From contig NC_068987.1 in the NCBI RefSeq assembly GCF_001194135.2, forward strand, positions 85,223,195 through 85,287,194: 64,000 nucleotides of DNA, written 5' to 3'. The position numbers and the translations under genes are program-made. Under the pieces are notes generated by a model. The model was not told where the DNA came from and ran no database searches. It saw only the letters and a list, made by a program, of their open reading frames with translations. Origin of the DNA: Octopus bimaculoides. Lineage: Eukaryota. Below are positions 1 through 12,334 of the stretch, one piece after another; the stretch's first letter is position 1; each line of letters starts with the position of its first letter.

Positions 1-13
1 TATATATATATAA

Positions 14-84
<71 letters not shown>

Positions 85-100
85 TAGATATAGGCATATC

Positions 101-178
<78 letters not shown>
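1..178. repeat. Compound microsatellite (TA)n-(GATA)n-(TA)n-(TG)n
   Basis: Directly visible. Confidence 0.95.
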
Positions 179-180
<2 letters not shown>

Positions 181-529
181 CAACAAGAAATAATATTTGT
201 CTCTTATTATAGAAACAAAAGGGTTTATAGGACTGCAAAAGGAGTGCTCAAACAAACATGAGACGAAGATAAAGAAGCATTGGTTATAGAACGAACATTA
301 ATTTTGGGTAAACGGTTTTACATACGACATCAACTTTCAAACATTTAATTATATATATAAAAAAACACCATGGTCTGTAAACACATAAAAAAATAATACA
401 TATATATAAAATCACAGAAGGTAAAAATATATATTGTAATAAAATACAAATAGAACGGTTTATCAAAAGTTAAATATAACGACTAAAATTTCAAAACTAT
501 CAAAAAACCTAATGGACAAATATAAAATC

Positions 530-627
530 TATATATGTATATATATGTGTATATATGTGTGTATGTATACATATATATTTACCTATATATACATAAATAT
601 ATACACAAGTATATACATATAAAAATA

Positions 628-682
<55 letters not shown>

Positions 683-719
683 GTAAGTATGTATGTATGT
701 ATGTATGTATGTATGAATA

Positions 720-773
<54 letters not shown>

Positions 774-1024
774 GATATATGTATATACACGCACAAACAT
801 ACGCACTACGCTTGCGCACACGCATGTATGTGACGTGCAGGAGCAAAAGAAGAAATGATAAATCTCTCTCTGCCTGTTATATCAATATAATACAAGTATT
901 TGTGGATTTCTCTAAATATACATGTAAGCCAATGTATTTGCAGATACAAAGAACTTAATGCTGTTTTTTTCCCCACGACATGTTCTCACAGAGAAGAGAC
1001 CTCAAAATATATGTACACATGAAC

Positions 1025-1076
<52 letters not shown>

Positions 1077-1124
1077 TTATATCAACACATATATTTATAC
1101 ATGCATATGCACACACATATGTAA

Positions 1125-1172
<48 letters not shown>
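530..1172. repeat. (TA)n/(TATG)n/(CA)n microsatellite cluster
   Basis: Directly visible; the source of the YI/HT-type ORFs in the track. Confidence 0.9.
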
Positions 1173-1174
<2 letters not shown>

Positions 1175-2732
1175 TTTAGTGCAAGACATATAATCAATGG
1201 TCACGCTGTTTCCCATTATTGTGGTATGCAGTTGCCTTCAGCCAAATTCCCTGTTATCTGCAATTTACCAAGACATTATGAAACAGGCGGCGAAAGCTGG
1301 ACTCTGACTCCTTACTTAATAATTGTCAATATAGTCGCCACCGTATCAACCCCAGTGGCACTTTTTACGTCAATATATCACTCCAAAATGGTCTGGCATA
1401 CTTCCATCACACACTGTGCAAAGGAAAGTACTGCGTAGTTGCACTCAACATGGGTTTTACAAATAAGAGTTTTTTGTTGTTTGTTTGTTTTTTTTATGCT
1501 ATTTTTCCCCTCTTCTTTATTATTATTTTTTTCTTTTTTTACATAAAACATCCATCCTGCTGTATCTTTTCCGCATCATTATTATCACCCTTTAAATTCA
1601 CTCCCTCGTCCTTCTTGCTAAACTGACAGAAGCTTTCATTGCTAAATTCCATTCCTACTGACACGAGCCTATCTTACACTATTTGATCATTAGTCCTTAT
1701 CTATTTCATTCCTAGATTTCATCTACGATAATATCTTAACTCCGACTGATTCTTTCTGCAAGATATTTCAACGAAGCGATTAAGCGAACCATTGGTTATT
1801 CATGCCAAGGAAATTTCTTTCTGTGACCTGATAAATCTGCTCATGACATAATAATATCAGTCGACATGAAATATGATGTTTGACCCATGGAAATGTCACA
1901 GTAAGACGCTAATAAATCATCAGAACCAGCTCCATAGCAGAAATCCTCTCTCCCTCCAATCCTACTTTATTTATTTTTTTCTTAATGTATAATTTCGACC
2001 TAAAGATAGATGGTGGAGACATATCTTAATTCCACGTTTGTCCAAAACTCATCCTTCCAAATTTACTGTTGTCTATACAATCAATATTTCCTATCTCATC
2101 CATCATATTAATCCGACAACATTTGGTTTAAAAGGAGAAAAAATCAAGAAGTTTTGTTACAATACATAATCCATGTTAATCTTTTTTTCATAATCAAAAA
2201 GACAATTGATGACTGCAAGACTAAATCTGCATCACAATAAATACAATACACGTCACTAATTTCTTGGTTTGAAAGCCTTTTATCGTTTTTGTTTCTTTTT
2301 TTTTTTTTTTTTTTTTTNNNNNNNNNNNNNNNNNNNNNNNNNNNNNNNNNNNNNNNNNNNNNNNNNNNNNNNNNNNNNNNNNNNNNNNNNNNNNNNNNNN
2401 NNNNNNNNNNNNNNNNNNNNNNNNNNNNNNNNNNNNNNNNNNNNNNNNNNNNNNNNNNNNNNNNNNNNNNNNNNNNNNNNNNNNNNNNNNNNNNNNNNNN
2501 NNNNNNNNNNNNNNNNNNNNNNNNNNNNNNNNNNNNNNNNNNNNNNNNNNNNNNNNNNNNNNNNNNNNNNNNNNNNNNNNNNNNNNNNNNNNNNNNNNNN
2601 NNNNNNNNNNNNNNNNNNNNNNNNNNNNNNNNNNNNNNNNNNNNNNNNNNNNNNNNNNNNNNNNNNNNNNNNNNNNNNNNNNNNNNNNNNNNNNNNNNNN
2701 NNNNNNNNNNNNNNNNNNNNNNNNNNNNNNNN

Positions 2733-2785
<53 letters not shown>

Positions 2786-2835
2786 ACTGTTTAAGATATT
2801 CCTAGTATTATGACTATTCAAATAACTCATACAAA

Positions 2836-2935
2836 GGCGCTAGGGTGGCTGTGTGGGAAAGGAGCTTGCTTTTCACCCATATGGTCTTGGGTTCAGTCCT
2901 ACTGCGCGGCACTTTAGGCAAGTGTTTTCTGCTAT
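2836..2935 (+). mobile_element. SINE family A (tRNA-derived head plus CORE-like central segment), 5' fragment
   Basis: ggcgctagggtggctgtgtgg...gggttcagtcctactgcgcggcactttaggcaagtg matches the heads of the other family A copies. Confidence 0.8.
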
Positions 2936-3074
2936 AATCGAAATTTTCATTAATAATTGAGTGGATTATTTGAGATATGGCATTTGGCTGCTATCTCATG
3001 TCATAAGGCTGTTAGTGAATATCTCTCTATTATATGATGCTTTTTAGAATAAAGTTCTCAGACGAAAAAATACA

Positions 3075-3425
3075 GGTGTGACTGTGTAATAAAAGGCTTT
3101 CTTGCCAACCACGTGGTTCCGAGTTCAGTCTTACTGCGTGTCACTTTAAGTAAATGACCTCTTCTATAGCCTCGGACCGACAAAGACTTGTGAGTGAATG
3201 TGGTGGACTGAAACTTGAGGAGGCTCGTCATGTACAAGTGTATGTGTGTTTGTTTGTCCACTGCCACCACTTGACAACTGTTGTTGGTGTGTTTTCGTCA
3301 TGGTAAACTAGCGGTTCGGCAAAGGGATTGAAAAAAAAAAGGTTCTGGGGTTGATTAATTCGACAAATACATTTTCGAGGCGGTGCCCTAGCATGGCCGC
3401 AATCTAATGAGTAAAAGAGTAAAAA
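3075..3425 (+). mobile_element. SINE family A, near full-length, diverged
   Basis: Head (ccacgtggttccgagttcagtc), central ctatagcctcggaccgacaaagacttgtgagtg, and tail ggcggtgccctagcatggccgcaatc. Confidence 0.85.
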
Positions 3426-3442
3426 AATAAATGTGAATAATA

Positions 3443-3543
3443 GGCGTAGGAGTGGCTGTTTGGTAAGTAGCTTGCTTACGAACCACATGGTTCCGAGTTC
3501 AGTCCCACTGCGTGGCACCTTCGGCAAGTGTCTTCCACTATAG
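3443..3543 (+). mobile_element. SINE family A, 5' part running into a gap
   Basis: ggcgtaggagtggctgtttggtaagtagcttgc...ggttccgagttcagtcccactgcgtggcaccttcggcaagtgtcttc; A/B-box-like head. Confidence 0.85.
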
Positions 3544-3964
3544 NNNNNNNNNNNNNNNNNNNNNNNNNNNNNNNNNNNNNNNNNNNNNNNNNNNNNNNNN
3601 NNNNNNNNNNNNNNNNNNNNNNNNNNNNNNNNNNNNNNNNNNNNNNNNNNNNNNNNNNNNNNNNNNNNNNNNNNNNNNNNNNNNNNNNNNNNNNNNNNNN
3701 NNNNNNNNNNNNNNNNNNNNNNNNNNNNNNNNNNNNNNNNNNNNNNNNNNNNNNNNNNNNNNNNNNNNNNNNNNNNNNNNNNNNNNNNNNNNNNNNNNNN
3801 NNNNNNNNNNNNNNNNNNNNNNNNNNNNNNNNNNNNNNNNNNNNNNNNNNNNNNNNNNNNNNNNNNNNNNNNNNNNNNNNNNNNNNNNNNNNNNNNNNNN
3901 NNNNNNNNNNNNNNNNNNNNNNNNNNNNNNNNNNNNNNNNNNNNNNNNNNNNNNNNNNNNNNNN

Positions 3965-4125
3965 AATTTAATTTGCGGTCCATGGGAAGAGCTGTTTTAA
4001 CGATGCGTCCTGCCTAGCTCTTCGAAACGCCGGTGTTAAAACGGAGGTAGCTGATGAAGTAGAATGTTCTCTATGTGGCTTGTGTGTTTTCTCGTCTCTG
4101 TTTTGTTTGCAATGTCCTGTACCCA
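3965..4125. repeat. Interspersed repeat fragment, possibly Penelope-like terminal sequence
   Basis: aatttaatttgcggtccatgggaagagc...tgcgtcctgcc recurs at about 19984-20036. Contains cgaaac and ctgatgaag motifs. Class assignment is inference. Confidence 0.45.
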
Positions 4126-4234
4126 GATATGCACCTATACATACAGGTGGATGTCGGTATGCACATACCTGTACGTATATATGCATATACTCTTTTACTA
4201 TTTGTTTATATATATACATATATATATATATACG

Positions 4235-4462
4235 AGTATGTGTGTTTGTGTGTCTGTGTTTGATCCCCCCACCATCGCTTATCAACCGTTGCTGCTGTGT
4301 TTACGTCCCCGTAACTTAGCGGTTCAGCAAAAAGAGACCGATAGAATAAGTACTAGTCTTACAAAGAATAAGTCCTGGGGTCGATTTGCTCGACTAATGG
4401 CGGTGCTCCAGCATGGCCGCAGTCAAATGACTGAAACAAGTAAAAAAAGTAAAGGAGTAATA
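4235..4462 (+). mobile_element. SINE family A, 3' half
   Basis: gtttacgtccccgtaacttagcggttcagcaaaaagagaccgatagaataagtactag...ggcggtgctccagcatggccgcagtcaaatgactgaaacaagtaaaa. Confidence 0.9.
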
Positions 4463-4815
4463 GAATGAAACGCATGATCGAAAACTAAGTACCAATTTCG
4501 AAACATCATTCTTCTTGAAACCAAGGATGTTTATATAGTGCAATGCATTTCAGCTATCACAGATTGTATGTATCACTCAGAATCAATGACGTCAGACGCC
4601 AATCTTATTTCACAAACACCTCGGAAGAAGAAGAAAAAAACAAATGCCACATGGAAAAGTTCTATACAACTGTCTTTCCATGTTGAAATGCTGAAGAAGA
4701 AAGAAGAAAAACAAAATAAAGTGAAGAGAATATGCAGGTTTCAATCACACAAGCTAAAAAAACTAGAATTATATGTACGTAAGTGTTCATATATATGTGT
4801 GTGTGTGTGTGTGTG

Positions 4816-4864
<49 letters not shown>

Positions 4865-5041
4865 GGATATCTTTATGTATAATAGTATGTATAACGCATG
4901 CATATACATATATTTATATACATATATACATGCATATTTATATGTATATATATATATAGTGCTTAATGCTTATAATATTCATGCATATATATGTATGTAT
5001 AGTTGCGTATGTGTATAATAAATATACATATATATATGCAT

Positions 5042-5084
<43 letters not shown>

Positions 5085-5833
5085 TGTATATATATATATA
5101 TACATACATACGTACATATATATATATATAGAGAGAGAGAGATAAAGAGAGATAGGGAGAGAGAGAAATTTTTTTTTAGCGAGATGCTATTTTCGTCAAA
5201 AAATCTAGAAATCTTGCTGACAATTTAGACATTTCCCAGTTTAGGAAAAAAAAAAAACAACCAACAAAGAAAAAAAAAATAAGAACATGAAATCATGCCT
5301 CCCATAAAGACTTTTATTTTTTTTCTACGTTACTTCCTTAAAAAAAAATTAACTGAGCAGAGGTCAGATGAAAACTTCCAATCTCCATTGAGAATCTTTT
5401 TCTTTGTAACCAATTCGCAATGTTGAATACTTCAGCGCCCCTTCTCCATCTCACCTTCGTTTTGAATGTAATATCATTTTTCTTTACTTCTTTCCTTGGT
5501 TTATCTCCCATGGGAACTATTCTTATGGAACATCAACCAATCAGACAACAAGCCAACAGGCGAGCACTCCATCCCTACCTACTTCACTCACTGTCACTCA
5601 ACCCGCCTATAAACTAACCTATATAATATAACTTGCTGTTCTATCATCATTTATATCACATCATACGTTTCACGCAGACCAAACAAACAAACAGCTTTGA
5701 CAAATGTATTGTGAAACAAACTGAAACTTCACAACTTCACGGAGCGACACAAGAGAGGCAGAAATAGAGACGGCACTCATTCACTCACTCGCCACAACCC
5801 ACTGTTGTTCATTGTGTAGACCCAAGTTTCTGA

Positions 5834-5988
5834 ATGGCTTTAAACAATACCAAAACGAATACCATCGAGACATATCCCACCACCACCAACACCACCACCA
5901 CCACCACCAACACCACCAGCAAGAACGACATCGACTCAGTGGAGGCCTCTCCTCCTCCCGCAAGACATGGCAGCTCAGTCTCTCTAAG
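5834..5988 (+). CDS. Candidate first coding exon of an unidentified gene: MALNNTKTNTIETYPTTTNTTTTTTNTTSKNDIDSVEASPPPARHGSSVSL(R)
   Basis: AG acceptor at 5818-5819, in-frame TGA just before the ATG at 5834, 51 open codons plus 2 nt, then donor AAG|GTAACA at 5989. A second frame (His/Gln-rich) is also open across the exon, so the frame is uncertain. No homolog recognised. Confidence 0.42.
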
Positions 5989-6087
5989 GTAACACTCCTA
6001 ACATCTTAGAAAAGGAATGACAACAGCAACGGCACACCGATGTAAGAGCTTCTATGCGGTCGTTCCAGCCGCCAGAGATAACAGCTA

Positions 6088-6179
6088 GTCGACCTCACAG
6101 GAATTTGAGATTAGAACGTGAAGACGGACGGACGAAAGCATTTTGCCCGGTGTGCTAACGATTCTGCCAGCTCACCGCC
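6088..6179 (-). mobile_element. SINE family B (tRNA-derived, Meta/MESC-like core), 5' fragment
   Basis: Reverse complement of the head ggcggtgagctggcagaatcgttagcacaccgggcaaaatgc...gaggtcgac. Confidence 0.8.
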
Positions 6180-6203
6180 TTAATAATGATAATAATAATG
6201 ATA

Positions 6204-6255
<52 letters not shown>

Positions 6256-6487
6256 TAACAATAATAATAATTCCGTGCTACACGGAATTTTGTCAGTGAA
6301 CAGGTCGCGGTCTCAAAGCAACGAAAATATTTTGGCAAATTAAATTTAAATGTTGAAGTGAATCTAACGGTTTTTGTGTATTTTTAAATGGCTTATAAAC
6401 ACCTTCCACGCTGCAATTGTTTTCGTTCCAGCACACGATCTCAGATCAGGTCGCTTGCTATGCAAGTACATCTCCGTAATAATAATA

Positions 6488-6948
6488 ATGTTTATTAATT
6501 GACATGAGTTTTCCTTGCGATCACAATATAGCGGCGAAAGAATTTGACAAGATCAGTAAATATAAAGACTTGCTAATAGAAATTGAAAAAAATGTGGCAC
6601 CTCAAGGCGACTACCATACCAGTGATTGTAGGATCTGTAGGAATGATAAAAAAAGGTACTGAAACCTATTTGAAAATGATACCAGGTTTACCATCTCTAC
6701 AGGAAGTGCAAAAAGTCGTGTTAACTAGAACGATTCATGTACTGAAAAGAGCATTATCGCTGTGAAAACAACATCCATTCATGAAATTATTTATTAATTT
6801 TTTTAAACACATATTTTGCCTGTGAATTTGTGTGTGTAAACTGGGAATGCATACAATGAGCTTCTCTACCCTAGGTGTACGGAAAACACTCGGCGAGAAA
6901 TGGAAGAAAATTTGAAGAAAGAAGAAAAATAATAATAATAATAATAAT
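6488..6948 (+). mobile_element. 5'-truncated R4/Dong-clade non-LTR retrotransposon (restriction-like endonuclease C-terminus, 3'UTR, (TAA)n tail)
   Basis: Translation CLLIDMSFPCDHNIAAKEFDKISKYKDLLIEIEK [+1 frameshift in an A-run] MWHLKATTIPVIVGSVGMIKKGTETYLKMIPGLPSLQEVQKVVLTRTIHVLKRALSL* (stop at 6765) fits the RLE motif ID..P.D.N...KE..K..KY..L..EI..MW. (AAT)n lies at both ends. Confidence 0.88.
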
Positions 6949-7160
6949 ACTTTCTACTATAAGCACAAGGCCTGAAATTTGGGGGAGTGGGATAATCGAT
7001 TATATTGACCCCAGTGTTTCACTGGTACTTAATTTATCGATCTCGAAAGGATGAAAGGCAAAGTCGACCTCGGCGGAATTTGAACTCACAACATTGCGAC
7101 AGGCGAAATACCGCGAAGCATTTCTTCCAAGCGTGCTAACGATTCTGCCAGCTCGCCGCC
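6946..7160 (-). mobile_element. SINE family B, full-length, tail type 1
   Basis: Reverse complement of head, then ttccgccgaggtcgactttgcctttcatcctttcgag core, then ccccaaatttcaggccttgtgc tail. Confidence 0.9.
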
Positions 7161-7502
7161 ATAACAATAATAATGATGATGATGATGATGATGGTTATGA
7201 TGATGATGATGATGATGATGATGATTAATAACAACTTCAAATATATTCGAAGGGGCGAAGGGTTTTAATCGATCTTGTCAAACGTAATACTTAACTGTGA
7301 ACCTTGAAACCTCTATGAACCTCTATGAAGCTCGGAAGTAGGATAATTAATATCACCCTCAGCGGGATTTGAACTCTAGCTTGAAATATCGGCAGAATTG
7401 ATGATACTTTGGGAAAGGGAACCAGATGATTGCATTAGCTCCCAGTAGTTAGCTGGTACTTTGTTTTGTTGGCTTGAAAGCTGATTTATTTTCCTGGTGG
7501 CA

Positions 7503-7697
7503 GTAAACTAGCCGAATCGTTAGCTCGCCCAGCAAAATGCTTGGAAGCATTTCGCCCGTCTTCACGACCTGAGTTCAAATTATGCCGAGGTCGACTTTGC
7601 CTAGCGTCCTTTCGGGATCGATAATATAAATATCAGTTGAGCACTGAGGTCAATATATTCGAAATTGCTGGCCTTGTGCCAAAATTTGAAACCAATT
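7503..7697 (+). mobile_element. SINE family B, diverged
   Basis: gaatcgttagc...ctgagttcaaattatgccgaggtcgactttgcc...gctggccttgtgcc. Confidence 0.8.
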
Positions 7698-7714
7698 TTA
7701 ATTAATCATTATAA

Positions 7715-7870
7715 GGCTACGAGCTGGCACAATTCTTAGCACGCCGAGCAAATTCCTTAGAAACACTTCGTCCGTCTTTGCGATCTGAGTTCAAATTCCG
7801 CCGGGGTCGACTCTGCCTGGCACTAGGTTCAATATTATCGACTTATATTCTCTCCCGAACTTGCTGACCT
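7715..7870 (+). mobile_element. SINE family B, internally deleted
   Basis: gagctggcacaattcttagcacgccgagc...ctgagttcaaattccgccggggtcgactctgcc. Confidence 0.75.
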
Positions 7871-8004
7871 ATTTGACACAGGTTTAGAGGAAAAGCAAAG
7901 TTGACTCCTGAGGTAAATGCACCAGCAATTTTAACGTACTTTGATCCTAACAAATTGCGTGAATGAACTTGTAGTTCATTTGTTATTGATAAAGATCCCG
8001 ATAC

Positions 8005-8048
<44 letters not shown>

Positions 8049-9242
8049 AAAACACACACACACACACACAGAGGAGCGTATACGCGCAGATAGGCACATA
8101 TACATATATGTACACAGATTTGTAGTGGTGTGCGTTAATAGATTCTATCAGGTCAAACAATCTGAATACTCCGCCTTCTATTTTGATGGGGAACTAATGT
8201 AGGAACAAATAAGTTCCGGTACAATATGAAAGGAGTTTATCATCGCGCACTTCCGTTTCAAGCATTTCACTTAGTTACTCTTATAACACAAACAGCAACA
8301 ACTACAACAATATCCTGTCAAGGGATTAGCTTGCACTTAGTTTATTCAGTCGCTAGAAATAGCAGCCAGATATTTCCCAAATCTTACTTTACCCGCCTCA
8401 AATAAGAAAAAAGTATATATATATATATATATATATNNNNNNNNNNNNNNNNNATATATATGTATATCAAATGCCAAATATCTATTTTTGCTTGCAATAG
8501 TCGGTTCTTTTTGGTCAAAATATCGTATCTCCAGCTGCTTCAGATACCAAGATATCAAAAATTCTCAAAGTGTAGTGCAACGGTTTTGTTATAGAATGGT
8601 GAAACTATTTTTCACGTATATGATGAAGAAGAATATATATATGTGAGTCTCTGTGTGTGTGTATGTATGCATGTATGTATGTATATTTGTATGTATGTAT
8701 GTGTGTATGTATGTAAACTGTCTAAGAATCTATAAATCAGGAAAAAAATGCACTCGTATATCTGTCAGTAGAGGGGTACTTTAATCGAAGTGTACAGTAT
8801 TATATATACATTACGCCGATTTTAGCAGTCGGTTTCGCACTAGGGGTTCAACGGAGTGCTAGGCAACTGTCCGATTATGTAACCCAAATAAGTTGGTCAT
8901 AGTTGCAACGCTGTTTACTATATGTCAGATCGTTTATGGGTGATTTAGGATTAAACAATAACATCCACAATATAAACTGTAAACTTAATAAATTGTATTT
9001 TGATAGAGATACAAACCTCAGCTTTTCAAGGAAGGAAGCTGTTGATTAAGTCAGCCTTGGTGGAATGGAAAATGAAGTTGACTCCCGCGGTATTTCAACT
9101 CTGAATGAAATGCCTTGAATTATTTTCCCATTAATCTAACGTCCTTAAACACAACAAGTATTTATACAAGCCAATGTGGGAGCTGTTATGACGTTGCTGG
9201 AGCTGACAGAAATAGCTACGGTATATCCAGTTCGCAGCCCAA

Positions 9243-9441
9243 TTAATATTGGTTTCAAATTTCAGGCCAGGTTGCGAGCCGATTGCATCGACCACAATGC
9301 TCAACTAGTACTGATTGTATCGATCCCGAAAGGACGAAAGGCGAAGTCGACCTTGGAGGAATTTGAACTCAAAACGCAAAGACGGACGAAATGCCACTGA
9401 GCATTTCTTCCGGTATGCTAACGGTTCTGCCAGCTCACCGC
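9243..9441 (-). mobile_element. SINE family B
   Basis: cccgaaaggacgaaaggcgaagtcgaccttggaggaatttgaactc...tgctaacggttctgccagctcaccgc. Confidence 0.85.
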
Positions 9442-11320
9442 TTTTCTAGCCCGATCAGTATTGTTGTTGTTCTGTCGGTCTCAAAATTGACACTATGTAC
9501 CTTGTGGTATTAAATTCGATGCTCCACCGTTTATGCTGCGCTATTCAGCGAATAATGAGTAATAAAAAAAAAANNNNNNNNNNNNNNNNNNNNNNNNNNN
9601 NNNNNNNNNNNNNNNNNNNNNNNNNNNNNNNNNNNNNNNNNNNNNNNNNNNNNNNNNNNNNNNNNNNNNNNNNNNNNNNNNNNNNNNNNNNNNNNNNNNN
9701 NNNNNNNNNNNNNNNNNNNNNNNNNNNNNNNNNNNNNNNNNNNNNNNNNNNNNNNNNNNNNNNNNNNNNNNNNNNNNNNNNNNNNNNNNNNNNNNNNNNN
9801 NNNNNNNNNNNNNNNNNNNNNNNNNNNNNNNNNNNNNNNNNNNNNNNNNNNNNNNNNNNNNNNNNNNNNNNNNNNNNNNNNNNNNNNNNNNNNNNNNNNN
9901 NNNNNNNNNNNNNNNNNNNNNNNNNNNNNNNNNNNNNNNNNNNNNNNNNNNNNNNNNNNNNNNNNNNNNNNNNNNNNNNNNNNNNNNNNNNNNNNNNNNN
10001 NNNNNNNNNNNNNNNNNNNNNNNNNNNNNNNNNNNNNNNNNNNNNNNNNNNNNNNNNNNNNNNNNNNNNNNNNNNNNNNNNNNNNNNNNNNNNNNNNNNN
10101 NNNNNNNNNNNNNNNNNNNNNNNNNNNNNNNNNNNNNNNNNNNNNNNNNNNNNNNNNNNNNNNNNNNNNNNNNNNNNNNNNNNNNNNNNNNNNNNNNNNN
10201 NNNNNNNNNNNNNNNNNNNNNNNNNNNNNNNNNNNNNNNNNNNNNNNNNNNNNNNNNNNNNNNNNNNNNNNNNNNNNNNNNNNNNNNNNNNNNNNNNNNN
10301 NNATATATATAATATATATGTATATACACATACATATATATATACATATATAGAGATACACACTCGCACGCATGCACACACGCCCACACACGCGCACATA
10401 AGCATATATATTTTATGCATATAGATAAGTGCCTGGTGTTTTTGCATGTTTTTTTATGTGCTTTTAGCAAGTTTTTTTTGTTGTTGTTGTTTTATTTCCA
10501 CCCCTCCACCCCACCTTCTTTTGCGAGATTATATCTAACATCTTCATTTCAATTAAAACTGTTTCTATTCTATAGTGTAGAAATAGCTTCGACTACGACA
10601 AGACCAACAACAGCCAACCACAATAACCGCAACAACAACAGCTGCAACAACACCGCAACATCAACAACAACAGCAACAACGGCTAACAGCTACAATATAC
10701 TTGTGGTCCTTTAATGTATAATACATGTCAAAGATATTGTCGATATCAATTCATCAAATTGAAAACACAATTAGGGATATTGTTCTTTGTGTTTTCTTTT
10801 GTTGGCATTTTTGATATTGTTGTTGCTATATTATTGTTGAGGTTGCTGTTGTTAACGTTTATTGTAGAAATTTTTTTCATCCATTCCTTTATTTACAACT
10901 ACTCACTCATCGCAAGTGAGTATATATGATCAATATATAAGATCATTAGATCTCGTTTGTAAATCATAAATATTTTGTGATCTTTCAACGTCACTCCAAC
11001 TAGTAGAGTGGTTTCTTTCATTTATTATTTTTTTTTCTTTTGCATTTTGTTATATTTTGTAATTTATTTATTCATATTTTTTTGTGGCTGCCTCGCCATA
11101 AAGAGGTGGTTAGATGTTGCGCTGATAAACTGTCTCCTTCGTTCTAAACTTATAAATTCTCTCCATTCATTATTTCGTTTTATCTTCTATCTCTCGAATT
11201 CATTCCGTATTCTTTGTTTTGTCTCCCCATCTCTGTCTGTCTGTCTGTCCGTCTCTCCTCTCTCTCTCTCTCTCACTCTCTCTCTTTCTCTCTCTCTCTT
11301 TCTCTTTCTCTCTCTCTCTT

Positions 11321-11353
<33 letters not shown>

Positions 11354-11497
11354 TTTAACACATGTATATGTGTGCGAGAGAGAAAGAGAGAGAGAAAGAG
11401 AAAGAAGGAAAGACTTTGCATCTTGGTGTGTGAGACGGAATATGTATCCCTGTGTACTTTTCTGTATGTGTGCGTGTGTGTTCGTAACACATACGTG

Positions 11498-11529
<32 letters not shown>

Positions 11530-11533
11530 TGCA

Positions 11534-11577
<44 letters not shown>

Positions 11578-11663
11578 AAACGAGAGAGTGAGCGAGAGAT
11601 ACACACACATCTATATGTGTGTATACCTGTACGTATATGCATATACTCATCTATTATTTGTTT

Positions 11664-11704
<41 letters not shown>

Positions 11705-12334
11705 GCGCACGTAGTATTGTTTATATATATATCTATATATATGTATGTATATATATTTACATACATGCACATATATTTATATAAACGCATGTGTATACAT
11801 ACACACACACACAAACACACACGCACAAACACACACACACAAACACACACGCACAAACACACACGCACAAACACACCGCATATGTGAGTATTTCGTTTTC
11901 GCGGTTAACCTCGACGTTCTCTATTTCCTCTACCGCTTCCCAAGGATCTGACGTCAAACCCCATCAAGGTTCAAATACGAATACCATGTTCTGCGTTTTT
12001 TCCTTTTTATCGTTGATGCTGCGTTAGTGGAGGTTCGTTGATATTTTTTGTCTTTTTTTTTTACGGTGTACTAATGGAGATATATGATATTCCAAATCCT
12101 TATGTTACCCGTTTAAATTCACTATCATTAATTTGCATTCCGACATCCGAAGACGTCGAATAATGTTCCTCTTGGCAAAGATCCTAACATCGTACATTTC
12201 TGTACCAACGGTTCTGCTAAGATGCTTGTGGCCTGGCTCGAAACAGACCTCCAGCTGGATAGAAACTGTCACGAGGTTACAAGTAGAGAGTTGAGACTCA
12301 CACAGTTATGGTAATACGCAAGAAGCTATAGTGG

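Noticed and set aside
4010-4062. GAAAC...CUGAUGA order suggesting a type II hammerhead
   Set aside because: Stem I does not pair and the 10.1-11.1 pair fails; kept only as a possible PLE-derived repeat.
9176-9400. 74-aa ORF MGAVMTLLELTEIATV...
   Set aside because: Largely the antisense of a SINE B copy.
12125-12315. Open frames of about 55-60 codons on both strands with a TG|GTAATA donor
   Set aside because: No good acceptor in a compatible phase and no recognisable homology.
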